In this document: piece after piece, positions 1 through 9,279 of the stretch | Position numbering within the stretch: position 1 is the first letter of the stretch | Layout: every line of letters starts with the position of its first letter | Source: a virus | Virus record (IMG/VR): IMGVR_UViG_3300036780_000012 | Location: 9,589 to 73,588 of that record | Reading direction: 5' to 3' (one strand) | DNA length: 64,000 bases | Translations under genes and position numbers: made by a program | Notes under the pieces: generated by a model | Seen by the model: the letters and a program-made list of their open reading frames with translations, nothing else | What the model was told of the DNA's origin: nothing | Database searches by the model: none

Positions 1-254
1 CCCTGAATGCGCGCCGTGATGACGGAGGCGATCTGTTGTTGGCTTTGCTGACTTCCAGGTTGACTTAGGATGCTCTGCCAAAGCGGTAAGCCGTCTGTCA
101 GATCGGTCCACCATTCACCTTGGAATAATAATAGACGCGTGCCTATGATCTGCTCTACCGCTGCCAAGTCCGATATAAAATTGGACTGCCCCGAACCCCA
201 TACCGGATCATGGTTCGGTCCTAACTGGCGAACGGTGATTGTAGGAGAACTCAT
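1..254 (-). CDS. baseplate wedge / gp46-gp25-like protein (partial, runs off window)
   Basis: Hand-translated, not in ORF track: MSSPTITVRQLGPNHDPVWGSGQSNFISDLAAVEQIIGTRLLLFQGEWWTDLTDGLP...; the RLxLFxGEWxxD-G motif and position after the spike gene fit myophage baseplate wedge proteins. Confidence 0.75.
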   Translation of the reverse strand, partial: MSSPTITVRQLGPNHDPVWGSGQSNFISDLAAVEQIIGTRLLLFQGEWWTDLTDGLPLWQSILSQPGSQQSQQQIASVITARIQ

Positions 255-985
255 AAGACAGGTCCAGTATCACCGCTGCCCGTAGATACCCCAGTATGTT
301 GGTGGGTAAGGAACGTCTTGCCATCTAACGTTCCAGAGTTATTAATGTTCCCATTTACTTGAAGATTTCCGTTCACTGTAATCGTGGTAGCTGTCATAGC
401 AACTGCGCCAGGAGTAACCACTAACTGCGTAGTACCTGAATCCGGCGTCACCGTTATCTCGCCTGCGCCAACTTCTATGTATACCGTTCCGTCATCCTTG
501 CGAATCTGTAATGCAGTAGTCGAATATGCCGGAAGTACGCGCGGTTGCGACCATCCTGCGGGAAGGAAGTAAGCGTCCGATAGATCATGTCGACGGCGTT
601 CTACTTGGTTCGGCATCGGTCCGCTAGAGGGAGCGCCTTGCTGCCACCATGCGTCGATACACATATCAGAGAATACGAGCAGTCCTTCGTCGCCCGCTTT
701 TATTGGCAACGTAACCGAGAATCCTCCCCCTCTATAGCCACCTAGTACAACATCGCTCAGTACTGGCAAATTGACCTGAGCGATATTGGCGTTTTGCAGC
801 ATGTTCTCTTGGATCGCTGGCTGCACGTTAACCGTCTGGTTGCTGTTGACGCTTACTACAATGCCGGGAATCGACACCCTTAAGTCGTGTCCAAACTGGT
901 AGAGCATCTCCATCATCACAGCGAGGCGAGGACCTAGTAACTGACCAAGGTTAAGGAAACTTCCGGGTTGTGCGTTAGCCCCCAT
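251..985 (-). CDS. baseplate central spike (Gp138/GpV-like)
   Basis: PG.V...TVNVQP, G.SVTLP...GDEGLLVFSD..ID.WW, RRHDLSDA motifs; C-terminal HxH (THQH) metal-binding tip. Confidence 0.9.
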   Translation of the reverse strand: MGANAQPGSFLNLGQLLGPRLAVMMEMLYQFGHDLRVSIPGIVVSVNSNQTVNVQPAIQENMLQNANIAQVNLPVLSDVVLGGYRGGGFSVTLPIKAGDEGLLVFSDMCIDAWWQQGAPSSGPMPNQVERRRHDLSDAYFLPAGWSQPRVLPAYSTTALQIRKDDGTVYIEVGAGEITVTPDSGTTQLVVTPGAVAMTATTITVNGNLQVNGNINNSGTLDGKTFLTHQHTGVSTGSGDTGPVL

Positions 986-1982
986 TTGCTAACTGTGCCC
1001 CTTGTCCCGCGACCAACGCTGCCAATTGCGCACTCGCCAGATACCATCCAGTCACATCGGTATACCACTCTTGCCCGCGTGTATCGCCACTGTAACTCGC
1101 CCCAATCACTGCGTATGTTCCGTCTTTATTGAGTAAGCCGGGATACTGTCCTACCTGATACAGGAGTTGCTGAATCTGGGAGTTCTGTATATTGACGCAC
1201 ATGCAGGGTATCTTGACTTCCACGGTTGGGTCGAGAAGAAGTCGAATATCTACCCCTAACTGTGTTTGGCGCGGCGTTCCAATGATTCCGGTCGTAGGTG
1301 TATAGACAACGGCATTAGCCGTATCAATAGGAGTAGCCAGTGCAGCGGTACCGGATAGTCCGGTAAAATTCAATAGTCCTTTTTTCCCTAACCACCATTG
1401 CAGGTTGTTATCTCGCGCCGTCTCTGACAGGAATTTTCCGGGATTCCCAAACGCCGTCTTACTTCGCGGCAGACTTTTATTATTCAGAGTCTGTGTAATC
1501 TGCCCCACTCCAATCGGATGGTAAGAGTTAGCCGCTATGTCAGCTACGATCTGTTGCTGCTGCACACCGGACGCCCAAGACTTGTTGATGTAATTGCTAC
1601 TGACTGCTCCGAGCCAGTTAATGCAGTGTAGGGTAAGTTTGAAGTCAATCTGATTCTCGCGCTCCCAGACGGGTTGGAGTACAAACCCATCCCAGATCAC
1701 CCCATACTTCCCATTCAGGTATCCAGCGCTAAGAATTACTTCCATACCCTGCTGGACCTGATTGAATAACTGAGAAGTCGTAGCTTCATTCAGATTGTAG
1801 ATGCTAATGTCTGCATACCACGGTGTTGACCACCAACTAGTATAAACATCGAACGTCAGACGCAACGCCTCGGGTTCCCATGCGGAGTCGGTTAGCGTAT
1901 AGGCATTCCCGGCAGTCCCACCAGAAGGGATGATTTGCAGTTGATACTTGCGTCCAAACAGCGGATTAGATGCTGCGCTCAC
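975..1982 (-). CDS. baseplate hub protein
   Basis: ISIYNL...LSAGY...GVIWDG and TGIIGTP motifs; lies before the spike gene. Confidence 0.8.
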   Translation of the reverse strand: MSAASNPLFGRKYQLQIIPSGGTAGNAYTLTDSAWEPEALRLTFDVYTSWWSTPWYADISIYNLNEATTSQLFNQVQQGMEVILSAGYLNGKYGVIWDGFVLQPVWERENQIDFKLTLHCINWLGAVSSNYINKSWASGVQQQQIVADIAANSYHPIGVGQITQTLNNKSLPRSKTAFGNPGKFLSETARDNNLQWWLGKKGLLNFTGLSGTAALATPIDTANAVVYTPTTGIIGTPRQTQLGVDIRLLLDPTVEVKIPCMCVNIQNSQIQQLLYQVGQYPGLLNKDGTYAVIGASYSGDTRGQEWYTDVTGWYLASAQLAALVAGQGAQLANGG

Positions 1983-2317
1983 GCCGCTAGCACCGTGTTA
2001 TCTCCCCACACAAGATGGAAATCACTGCCAAGATCATTGTTATTCGGGTAATCAATATCCACGCCCGTCGTATTAATCAGGTAGATACTTCCAATCCCCA
2101 AATACTGATACTGTCGAAGCAGATTGAGTCCCGTCACTAGCGGTATCCCTTGTACTAGCAGATTCTGATTGGCATCCGAGATCGACATGATCCAATAGGC
2201 CGCTACTTCATTGAATGCCAGAATAACGAAGAACGTATACACCGCTCCGTTGATAGACACGGCCACGTTAAAGGTCTGACCCGGAGCGCTGTTGATCGGA
2301 ATAACTTGCAGGCTCAT
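1979..2317 (-). CDS. small baseplate protein (plug-like)
   Basis: FN...YW.MSI.D...GIPLVTG.NLL.QY.YLG motif; synteny. Confidence 0.75.
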   Translation of the reverse strand: MSLQVIPINSAPGQTFNVAVSINGAVYTFFVILAFNEVAAYWIMSISDANQNLLVQGIPLVTGLNLLRQYQYLGIGSIYLINTTGVDIDYPNNNDLGSDFHLVWGDNTVLAA

Positions 2318-3024
2318 GGTTTGGGGATTGCGTCTACCCCATTCAGCGTACTAAATGAAGGTGGCTGAGTACTGAGGGTTCCCGTACTCGTAGTATTCGT
2401 AGCATTCGGGCGCGCACTGACTGTCTGCGAGCTAACGGTAGCAGAAATAATCTGTTCGAAATGCAGAGTTCCGTTAAAGCCTTGGCTGGTACGGAAGTCG
2501 TCGTGGCCGTTGACTAAAGACAGCCACATGTTCTGGTAGGTCTTGAGTCTTGTGACTAGAGTTATCGGAGCTCGAGACGCTTGTATCTGCAGGAAGGCCT
2601 GAAACGCACTTACGCTCTTGCTAGGAACCGAGGAGTACTGGCCCTGTATAAAACTCTGCATAGCGTTCGACATCTTCACCTGCAAAACTATGCGCGCCGG
2701 CAGCAGGTATACATGGTCGATGATTGCTGGCCCTACCTGCACAGGATGTCGTGTACCCACAGCTTCCTGCGTATGGTCCGCTAGCAATATGGCATCGAAA
2801 TAGTAAGTAGTCGGGCTTCCGGTAGCGGCTTGAGTATTGGCTCCGGTTCCAGAAGCATCTGGCGTAGCTACTCCACCTACTGATCCCGAGCTAGTTACCG
2901 ATGTAGCGGGTAATCCAGGAAGCGTGCAAGTTAAGGAATACTGCTGAGGCTGGCCCCAGTTGGCTGGACGATAGGCTCCCGCTGCAAGAAACTCGTTAAG
3001 CGCAATTGCGCCGAGAGCACTCAA
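2314..3024 (-). CDS. tail tube initiator / Dit-like protein
   Basis: T.HPVQ.G..I.DH...P motif; follows tape measure. Confidence 0.7.
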   Translation of the reverse strand: MSALGAIALNEFLAAGAYRPANWGQPQQYSLTCTLPGLPATSVTSSGSVGGVATPDASGTGANTQAATGSPTTYYFDAILLADHTQEAVGTRHPVQVGPAIIDHVYLLPARIVLQVKMSNAMQSFIQGQYSSVPSKSVSAFQAFLQIQASRAPITLVTRLKTYQNMWLSLVNGHDDFRTSQGFNGTLHFEQIISATVSSQTVSARPNATNTTSTGTLSTQPPSFSTLNGVDAIPKP

Positions 3025-4478
3025 GCGTAAGATCCTTGAACGGCTGCAAAGTAGCGCGAAGCTTCTTTTACCGCTGCCTCGTCTATACCCTCTTGTACGG
3101 CCTTCTTGATCTGTTCCTGCGTGGCTCCGGGCTGAGTGATATGGATACCACCAACGTGGATTGTTGGGCTATATGACTGGCGCTTAAAATCAGGGTCCGT
3201 CAGGTAGTTGTAATCCTTGCGCCATTTGCCGAGTACGTCCTTCTGATAAGCGTCAGCATCCGGTCCACTACCGTTATATTGCCGAGCCTTTTCCTCCCAA
3301 GTCGCACCGGGTTTATTCTTAAGCCAGTTCAATCCACCCCAAATATTCTGTAAAGGATCGTTAGGGTCCGTGATGATGCCTTGAGCCATTAACTGCTTGA
3401 TCGTATCCGGCATCAATTGGAACATGCCGATCTCGCCCTTCGATCCACGTTTCGCCCAAGGATTAATACCGGACTCTTTGTCGGCTATCGCCATAGCCAG
3501 TCCAGCAGGAATGCCTAATTTTACGGCGTCTTTCAATATCTCTTCGTCATAGTTCACGCCAGATGGATCGCTTTTACTGTAATCCTGAGTCCGCTCATCT
3601 AACCCGAGATTGCCTATCCATGGAATCATGCGTTGTGTACGTGCGACAATCCCCCCGCCGCCCGGTCCTAAATCCTCAATACCATACCCACCCGGATGAG
3701 TCTTAAAGTACTCGCGAGTATAAGGCTCATGCCCGATGCCTACGCTATGCAGGAAACCTTCTAGCATCGAGGCTCCTGCCGAAACCTTATCAAAGGCCCA
3801 GACCGCTGCCTTACCGATGTCACGCAACGCCGGTGCGATCACGTTCGATGCTACATCGGCGATATGAACGAATCCTTGCGGAGACTGGAACCAGGCATTA
3901 AATTCCTTCAGCCGTTGCTCCAAAGACTCAGACCCGCCAAACAGTTTATTCAGTACGTCCTCGGTAAGCGCTATACCGAACATCTGCAATTCTGGCCCCA
4001 TTCGAGTGAACTCAAAGGCTACATCTCGCACGCGACGCATCGCTATTTCCATGTTGACGAAGCCGCCCATGTTCTGAATCATTCGGTCTTGATCTTCGAC
4101 TAACGTCTTGTAGCGCTCTCGCAACTCAGGCGGACCGAAGATTACGTCCTGCAGAGATACACCTAAAGTATCCAGCGCAATCTGCATCTTGCGAGCCGAC
4201 TCCGTACCCATGAACATACGTCGCGCAAGCATTTGATAACCGAGGTCCTGTTTTGCCAGATTACTCATCATCGAGATAGTGCCCGCTGTTACGCCTGCCG
4301 CGATTGCTGCGAAGGCTCCACTAACAGCTAAAAATCCCAACGTTACATCCTTGGCGAACTTCTCCGTCTTGACCGCAGTCAACTTAAGAGCATCCTCCCA
4401 CCTGCGTTGACTCGGAGCGTCAACGGTGAAACCAAGCGAAACGAGATATTCTTTTATTGTGCTAGTTTTCCCGGCCAT
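3021..4478 (-). CDS. tape measure protein with lytic transglycosylase (SLT) domain
   Basis: N-terminal IKEYLVSLGF; helical body; C-terminal IADKESG...GEIGMFQLMP.T...NI.GG...YNG SLT motifs; only 485 aa. Confidence 0.85.
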   Translation of the reverse strand: MAGKTSTIKEYLVSLGFTVDAPSQRRWEDALKLTAVKTEKFAKDVTLGFLAVSGAFAAIAAGVTAGTISMMSNLAKQDLGYQMLARRMFMGTESARKMQIALDTLGVSLQDVIFGPPELRERYKTLVEDQDRMIQNMGGFVNMEIAMRRVRDVAFEFTRMGPELQMFGIALTEDVLNKLFGGSESLEQRLKEFNAWFQSPQGFVHIADVASNVIAPALRDIGKAAVWAFDKVSAGASMLEGFLHSVGIGHEPYTREYFKTHPGGYGIEDLGPGGGGIVARTQRMIPWIGNLGLDERTQDYSKSDPSGVNYDEEILKDAVKLGIPAGLAMAIADKESGINPWAKRGSKGEIGMFQLMPDTIKQLMAQGIITDPNDPLQNIWGGLNWLKNKPGATWEEKARQYNGSGPDADAYQKDVLGKWRKDYNYLTDPDFKRQSYSPTIHVGGIHITQPGATQEQIKKAVQEGIDEAAVKEASRYFAAVQGSYA

Positions 4479-4662
4479 GATTCAGTTCGTCTATGAGAAG
4501 ATTTATTTCCACTAACTGCTCGAAACTATACGTACCATCGTCTACTTCGCAGTGACGCCAGTAGTTTGCGACGACTGGCCGGAAGAGGTAGGGATCGATT
4601 CCGGGGTGCTCAAGTCCGGGAAGACTACGAGCAGAGTCTTCAGCGCCCCCGGAGCGAAAAAA
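4462..4662 (-). CDS. -1 frameshift extension of tail chaperone (gpGT-like)
   Basis: Slippery heptamer TTTTTTC at 4662-4656 (minus); -1 frame open to TAG at 4462: RSGGAEDSARSLPGLEHPGIDPYLFRPVVANYWRHCEVDDGTYSFEQLVEINLLIDELNHGREN. Confidence 0.75.
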   Translation of the reverse strand, partial: FFRSGGAEDSARSLPGLEHPGIDPYLFRPVVANYWRHCEVDDGTYSFEQLVEINLLIDELNHGREN

Positions 4663-5042
4663 CAGTAGAGGTTGAAAACAAGCCCCGAGATAGTCAGGGC
4701 GGTGAGTGTTACTAGGTCTAACTCTGGAGGAATGAACCGTCCGTCCGCCATTTGCAGCGGCATCGGAACGCGCTGCCCGGCATTATCTTCGTAGCGCTTA
4801 ATGACATTCAGGCACTTAGTCTGAATGCGGTTGAATGTTTCCTCGGGAAGTTGCGAGAGGATCGCCGCAAGAGATATTCCTAAATCTTTCTCGCTTATCG
4901 GCTTCGCATCTCCGGTTTCCAACTGCACCAACAGGCCGCGCATATTGAATTGCGCTGCAATCCAACTTCCGTCGCGGGGAGAGAAAGAACCTATCTGATA
5001 CGTAGTATTTTCAATAACTACGTCTTTTGTGCGTGGCGTCAC
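4542..5042 (-). CDS. tail assembly chaperone (gpG-like)
   Basis: Lies between tube and tape measure genes; contains slippery T-TTT-TTC. Confidence 0.75.
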   Translation of the reverse strand: MTPRTKDVVIENTTYQIGSFSPRDGSWIAAQFNMRGLLVQLETGDAKPISEKDLGISLAAILSQLPEETFNRIQTKCLNVIKRYEDNAGQRVPMPLQMADGRFIPPELDLVTLTALTISGLVFNLYCFFAPGALKTLLVVFPDLSTPESIPTSSGQSSQTTGVTAK

Positions 5043-5058
5043 AATAAGACCTCTTTCC

Positions 5059-5523
5059 TTAAACAGTAATGTTCGCGATATTGCAAGCCATGAGAACCCA
5101 CGTCAGTTTTCCACCTTGCGCGGCATAGGTCTTGTCGGGGATCTTCTCGAAGCTAACGCCCGTCAGGAGATGCTGACTTTGGTCAACAGTATTCCGTAAG
5201 CTCAGACTACTGGCTGCCCAATTAGTAACGTCTCCACCGTCCGCCGCAATCTTCAGCAGGTTATACAGAGCGAGTAATGCTGCGTGTAACGAACTATTCT
5301 GCTGCATCTGAATCGAGACCGCGCCATTGTCTCCAGCGATGTAGCTAGGCATGACGGTAGAATCCGCCGCTACATCATGCGTCGTACGCACTGTATGCAT
5401 GGATACAACGAACTCCCCCATACCGATCTCCCCGGCAAACACGATAGGCGCATCGAAGAGAACCGGGTTAGTCATGGATCCCGATGTGTCTTTGAAAGAA
5501 TACGTGGTAGACTGAGCCGACAT
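5059..5523 (-). CDS. tail tube protein (DUF3277-like)
   Basis: TYSF.D start, ADG/S..M.S...G.V.I...Q.S and F.K.PD motifs; follows sheath. Confidence 0.8.
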   Translation of the reverse strand: MSAQSTTYSFKDTSGSMTNPVLFDAPIVFAGEIGMGEFVVSMHTVRTTHDVAADSTVMPSYIAGDNGAVSIQMQQNSSLHAALLALYNLLKIAADGGDVTNWAASSLSLRNTVDQSQHLLTGVSFEKIPDKTYAAQGGKLTWVLMACNIANITV

Positions 5524-5534
5524 TTAAGTTCTCC

Positions 5535-6941
5535 TTAGAGATTGACGATTACACCGATCACTACCGACTGCACAGCTCCCGCTTCATTGATCACGGTATA
5601 AATCGGTTGCGCCTTCCGAGCGGCTTTATCAGCTTTCGATTGCTGAGAGTAAGGATAGGCTTGACTCAGGAATCCAGCAGGTAGCGGGTCTCCGGGACTG
5701 AGCGACAGCACATCATTTACACCTTGATACGTTCCGGGAGCCAAATATCCGGTATTGACCGCCGCTTGACATGCCCCATTTACTGCATGGATCAACTGCG
5801 TCTCACCCGGATCGGTCTGCGGTACGGACGGCGAAGCGATCAGCAGATTCATTATTGAGTACTGAATAGCCGCTGCCAGAATCGCTCGATTGAGTACTGG
5901 GTCGATAAACAGACCGCTCGGAGTAATGCCGGGAGTCACTAGCGTGTAGGTATTCGCATAACCAACGTAAACGTTACAATTGTTTCCGGTAATCGTATTG
6001 ACTTGCGCTTGCGAGAGCGGTTCGGGACTGACGCCGATTAGAGTCTTGCCCCACTCCGTGAAGTAACTGTTCGGCAAGCCGGTGTTCTGACCGACGACGC
6101 TCCCCATCAAAGCCGCTGCACCATAGGCATTATTCGGAGCCACGCCGCTCTGGGTAGTCGAGTAGACTAAGGCGGTATTCGAATACTCATCACCTTTCAG
6201 CGTCAACGCCAGATTGTTAGGCGCATTATTCAACACGGCGACGTCCGCCGTAGTATGGAAATAGAAAGTAGGAGGAGTAGCAGCTTGAACGTAAGGCGCA
6301 ATCGCTTCTGCATCTGCCGTTGTAGCATTGCAGCACATCACGCCCCAGAATACAGAAGATGCCGAGCGGCAGGCGATTAAGGCGACTAAATAGGTCTCAC
6401 CGACCGCGGTGATGTCTACTTCTAGACCTACCCCATCGCCAGTAGTCGTAGTCGCTAATCCAGTAGCCGTGGAGTACCCGGTACCGTCTGTTCCGGCAGG
6501 TGGCGTAAATACGGCTAGCCCGGTAACGACTCCGCCACCACCTATTGTAGTAACTTCACATTGACCAAGCGTTGCCCCAGATTGGACTACTACAATTACG
6601 TCGCCTACTGCATATCCTGTCCCTGCATTGCCCGAATGAGGAATCACGGTATTTAACGAAGTCAGGTCCTGGCGTCCTACCCAAACATAGTTAGGAGGCT
6701 CCGCTTGACCGAAGTACAGAACGGCAGCAATGTATTCTGGACTGGTAGTAGTAAACCCATCCGTCAGCATAGCCGCTAACGTTTGATACTGCCGGAGACG
6801 CTGATTAGTACCGTAGGAAGGAATCACGGCTGAGGGGCCAATGATTAGCCCTTGGTTGAACAAAGGTGGGGCACCTAGCGATGGTCCAGCAATCACAGTT
6901 ACATCTACGATAGACTGCAGCGGCAGGGCGGGACTAGACAT
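5535..6941 (-). CDS. tail sheath protein (DUF3383-like)
   Basis: IVDVTV start, SPEY.AA..YFGQ...P, VPQTD.G, GYLAPG, AGAVQSV motifs; insertion with GTGY repeats. Confidence 0.9.
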   Translation of the reverse strand: MSSPALPLQSIVDVTVIAGPSLGAPPLFNQGLIIGPSAVIPSYGTNQRLRQYQTLAAMLTDGFTTTSPEYIAAVLYFGQAEPPNYVWVGRQDLTSLNTVIPHSGNAGTGYAVGDVIVVVQSGATLGQCEVTTIGGGGVVTGLAVFTPPAGTDGTGYSTATGLATTTTGDGVGLEVDITAVGETYLVALIACRSASSVFWGVMCCNATTADAEAIAPYVQAATPPTFYFHTTADVAVLNNAPNNLALTLKGDEYSNTALVYSTTQSGVAPNNAYGAAALMGSVVGQNTGLPNSYFTEWGKTLIGVSPEPLSQAQVNTITGNNCNVYVGYANTYTLVTPGITPSGLFIDPVLNRAILAAAIQYSIMNLLIASPSVPQTDPGETQLIHAVNGACQAAVNTGYLAPGTYQGVNDVLSLSPGDPLPAGFLSQAYPYSQQSKADKAARKAQPIYTVINEAGAVQSVVIGVIVNL

Positions 6942-6942
6942 A

Positions 6943-7557
6943 TTAAGATTCCTCCACTACGATGTCGGCGACCGACTGCCCGCCGCTAGTACTGACGATT
7001 ACCTCTGCGCTTACCACCGACTGCGCTATCGCGACTTCCGTAACGAACTCGTTAAACCTTGCGCTGAAGTCTGTACGCTCCCACCATTGACCATCCCTCG
7101 ACTCTGGGACTCTACGAGGTGCGGCAGGATTGGTAACTAAGTAAAGTTGACTGGCGGCGAAGATGTCATGCGTTGCTTGCGAGAACAGACTTGAACGTAC
7201 CTGTCGCGCATGATCGAAACTGTTTGGGCCGACGAACTCCCAGAATACTTCCCAAACACGAGTGTAGTTAGTCTGCTCATAATACGTAGTTACGGCTGCT
7301 TCGTCCTGTCCAACCGTCTGCGAGTAATTCGACTTGTACTTCTCTCGGTTGTACTGATCGTCCACTTCGATCTCGCGAATGTAAACCACATCTTCATTGA
7401 TCTCTTGAGCGGGTTGCCCCTGTTGCTGCCAACCAACTCGAACTTGCGAATACACCGGATCGGTTGGAGAAGTAGGAGCAGGTAGGCCAAGCATGGCGAT
7501 AGTCACCTGCTGGATTACTGCATCCATCTGAACTGGGACTAGGGGGAAAGTGGCCAT
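6943..7557 (-). CDS. tail terminator / neck protein
   Basis: VR..WQ..GQP, W..R.D motifs; directly upstream of sheath. Confidence 0.65.
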   Translation of the reverse strand: MATFPLVPVQMDAVIQQVTIAMLGLPAPTSPTDPVYSQVRVGWQQQGQPAQEINEDVVYIREIEVDDQYNREKYKSNYSQTVGQDEAAVTTYYEQTNYTRVWEVFWEFVGPNSFDHARQVRSSLFSQATHDIFAASQLYLVTNPAAPRRVPESRDGQWWERTDFSARFNEFVTEVAIAQSVVSAEVIVSTSGGQSVADIVVEES

Positions 7558-7710
7558 TTAGTTCGGCTTCGCGAATACTCCTCTATCGCCAACCTGTCCC
7601 GCAATAGCGTTTGTCATAACAGGTTTCCCTGTTGGAATTTTGGTTAATTGTTTTTCTAATTCCTCGATTCGCTTTTTCAATCGAGTAATCTCGTCTTTTT
7701 CCGTATCCAT
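7558..7710 (-). CDS. small coiled-coil hypothetical protein
   Basis: ORF, likely start MDTEKDE; EITRLKKRIEELEKQL heptads. Confidence 0.45.
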   Translation of the reverse strand: MDTEKDEITRLKKRIEELEKQLTKIPTGKPVMTNAIAGQVGDRGVFAKPN

Positions 7711-7754
7711 TCCCCTATGATCCTTCTTGTAGTGTTCAAGTGCAACTATTACTC

Positions 7755-8315
7755 TTATTCTTCGCCTAATACCCACGTCATCGCCTGCCTGAGCGCCGCC
7801 GTATCAATTAACGGGCGACTCGAACCCTTGCGCCGTATCGTACTCGGAGCATTCGGAGCCCAATGATTCTTAGGATTCACAAACCACTGTTTAACCGCAT
7901 TGCTAGCTACTACGCCCGCGAGACTCAACTCTTTGACTACTTCGTCCGCCTTGCCGTCTAACGCGGCCTTCGCTGCCAACTCCAACTCGGGCAGAATCTT
8001 TTCTTGATTCTCCTTATCCTCAATCGCAGGCTCTATGATCGGACGAGCGGGAATACCGCGAATCGCACTGCCATGTGTATGTATATATGTGAGTTCGGCA
8101 TTGTTAATCCCTGACTCCACTGCCATCTTCTCCGCACGCTTCCGCCGCTTCCCTTTCATCTTCATGGACAAGGCAAGCACTTGACGTTTACGTTCTAACG
8201 CATCTGTAGCGGGAATCCCTACGTACACTTGTTTTTTCTTGAGCGCATTCAGGCTAGCCGCCATTGCTTCCGGCGTGACTGAGGACTTACTCGTTACTGA
8301 GACGGTAGGGTTCAT
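7755..8315 (-). CDS. neck / virion morphogenesis protein
   Basis: VYVGIP, NAEL..IH..G...IPARP, PNAPSTIRRKGSSRPLIDT motifs. Confidence 0.85.
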   Translation of the reverse strand: MNPTVSVTSKSSVTPEAMAASLNALKKKQVYVGIPATDALERKRQVLALSMKMKGKRRKRAEKMAVESGINNAELTYIHTHGSAIRGIPARPIIEPAIEDKENQEKILPELELAAKAALDGKADEVVKELSLAGVVASNAVKQWFVNPKNHWAPNAPSTIRRKGSSRPLIDTAALRQAMTWVLGEE

Positions 8316-8506
8316 TTAGATTTGAATGCCAGATTCCGCGAGCAGTACTTAAAGCAACTATTCGTATGAAAGTGGGATTCCAGTTTCTTCGGGACCGTTA
8401 CAGGAGAAGTAGCCGCAGCTTTTATCGCTACCCAAAGCGTCACGCCATTCTGCCCTACTGCTATAGCAGAACCGATCAAAGCGAGTACTAATCCAGCGGT
8501 TGCCAC
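8312..8506 (-). CDS. small membrane protein
   Basis: Hydrophobic N-terminus; coupled to neighbours. Confidence 0.4.
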   Translation of the reverse strand: MATAGLVLALIGSAIAVGQNGVTLWVAIKAAATSPVTVPKKLESHFHTNSCFKYCSRNLAFKSK

Positions 8507-9279
8507 TACTTCCAGGGACCGCCTGCATGGACGATTTTAAGATCGGTTTCCGCGTCATCCAGAACCGGAAGTACCATCCAGAAGAAACCAGCAAGGCCCC
8601 ACTCAGTACCCCAACTATTCTGAATCAATGCTGCTGGAGGACAGTTCGCGGGACGCAGTGTAGGAGTCTCACCGATGTCGTAGCCCACTATCAGAACCTC
8701 GTGACCACCGAGTACATTTTCGCCGGGTTGAGGATTGTAGATTCCAGTACTCTCCACTTCGTCCGATTCAAACGAGGCATAGACAGTAAAGCCTACCTCT
8801 ACGGGCCATGGCGTTGGATCGCCAAGAACGCTAATCGCTACTTGCGATCCGGCCAACCCATGATAGGCACCCATCTTGTACTGAACAGCATTCGCTGTCA
8901 TCTCTGCCGTTGGCTGGATAATCTTCTGGCTGGAATCGGGATACAGCGAATCCTCACAAGTACCATCCGCGATTACTACAGTGGACCCCGTAGTGCCATC
9001 GGAACCGTTATCTTGCGGGAAGTCTCCATTGTCGATCAGTTCGTTCGCATAGACGAACAGCGGACTCAGGACAGGTTGCTGGTTTAAGTACCGACGGAAT
9101 ATCCACTCTAGCGCTTCCGAGAAGGCATGGCCGGTACAGGAACCCAAATTGCCTTGATTCTTTACTGGACCGCACCATTTACGCAAGTCTACAACCTGCA
9201 AGGGAGCAAGCATTGTACGCGTCAGCATACGGTGCACGGGAAGCGGCGCGGGTATTTTGCGATTGAAAATATGGCTCAT
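8506..9279 (-). CDS. papain-family (C1) cysteine protease
   Basis: VDLR...PVKNQGNLGSCT (Gln/Cys), GGHEV (His), QNSWG.EWG..G.F (Asn); start MSHIFNRK overlaps upstream stop. Confidence 0.92.
   Translation of the reverse strand: MSHIFNRKIPAPLPVHRMLTRTMLAPLQVVDLRKWCGPVKNQGNLGSCTGHAFSEALEWIFRRYLNQQPVLSPLFVYANELIDNGDFPQDNGSDGTTGSTVVIADGTCEDSLYPDSSQKIIQPTAEMTANAVQYKMGAYHGLAGSQVAISVLGDPTPWPVEVGFTVYASFESDEVESTGIYNPQPGENVLGGHEVLIVGYDIGETPTLRPANCPPAALIQNSWGTEWGLAGFFWMVLPVLDDAETDLKIVHAGGPWK

Noticed and set aside
168-188. Further palindrome copy (AAAATTGGACT), and similar partials at 26284 and 44762
   Set aside because: Half-site only or wrong spacing; not counted
8500-9087. Long plus-strand ORFs antisense to structural or replication genes (e.g. 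8500-9087, 18238-18726, 27131-27767)
   Set aside because: Shadow ORFs opposite well-supported genes, with no motifs
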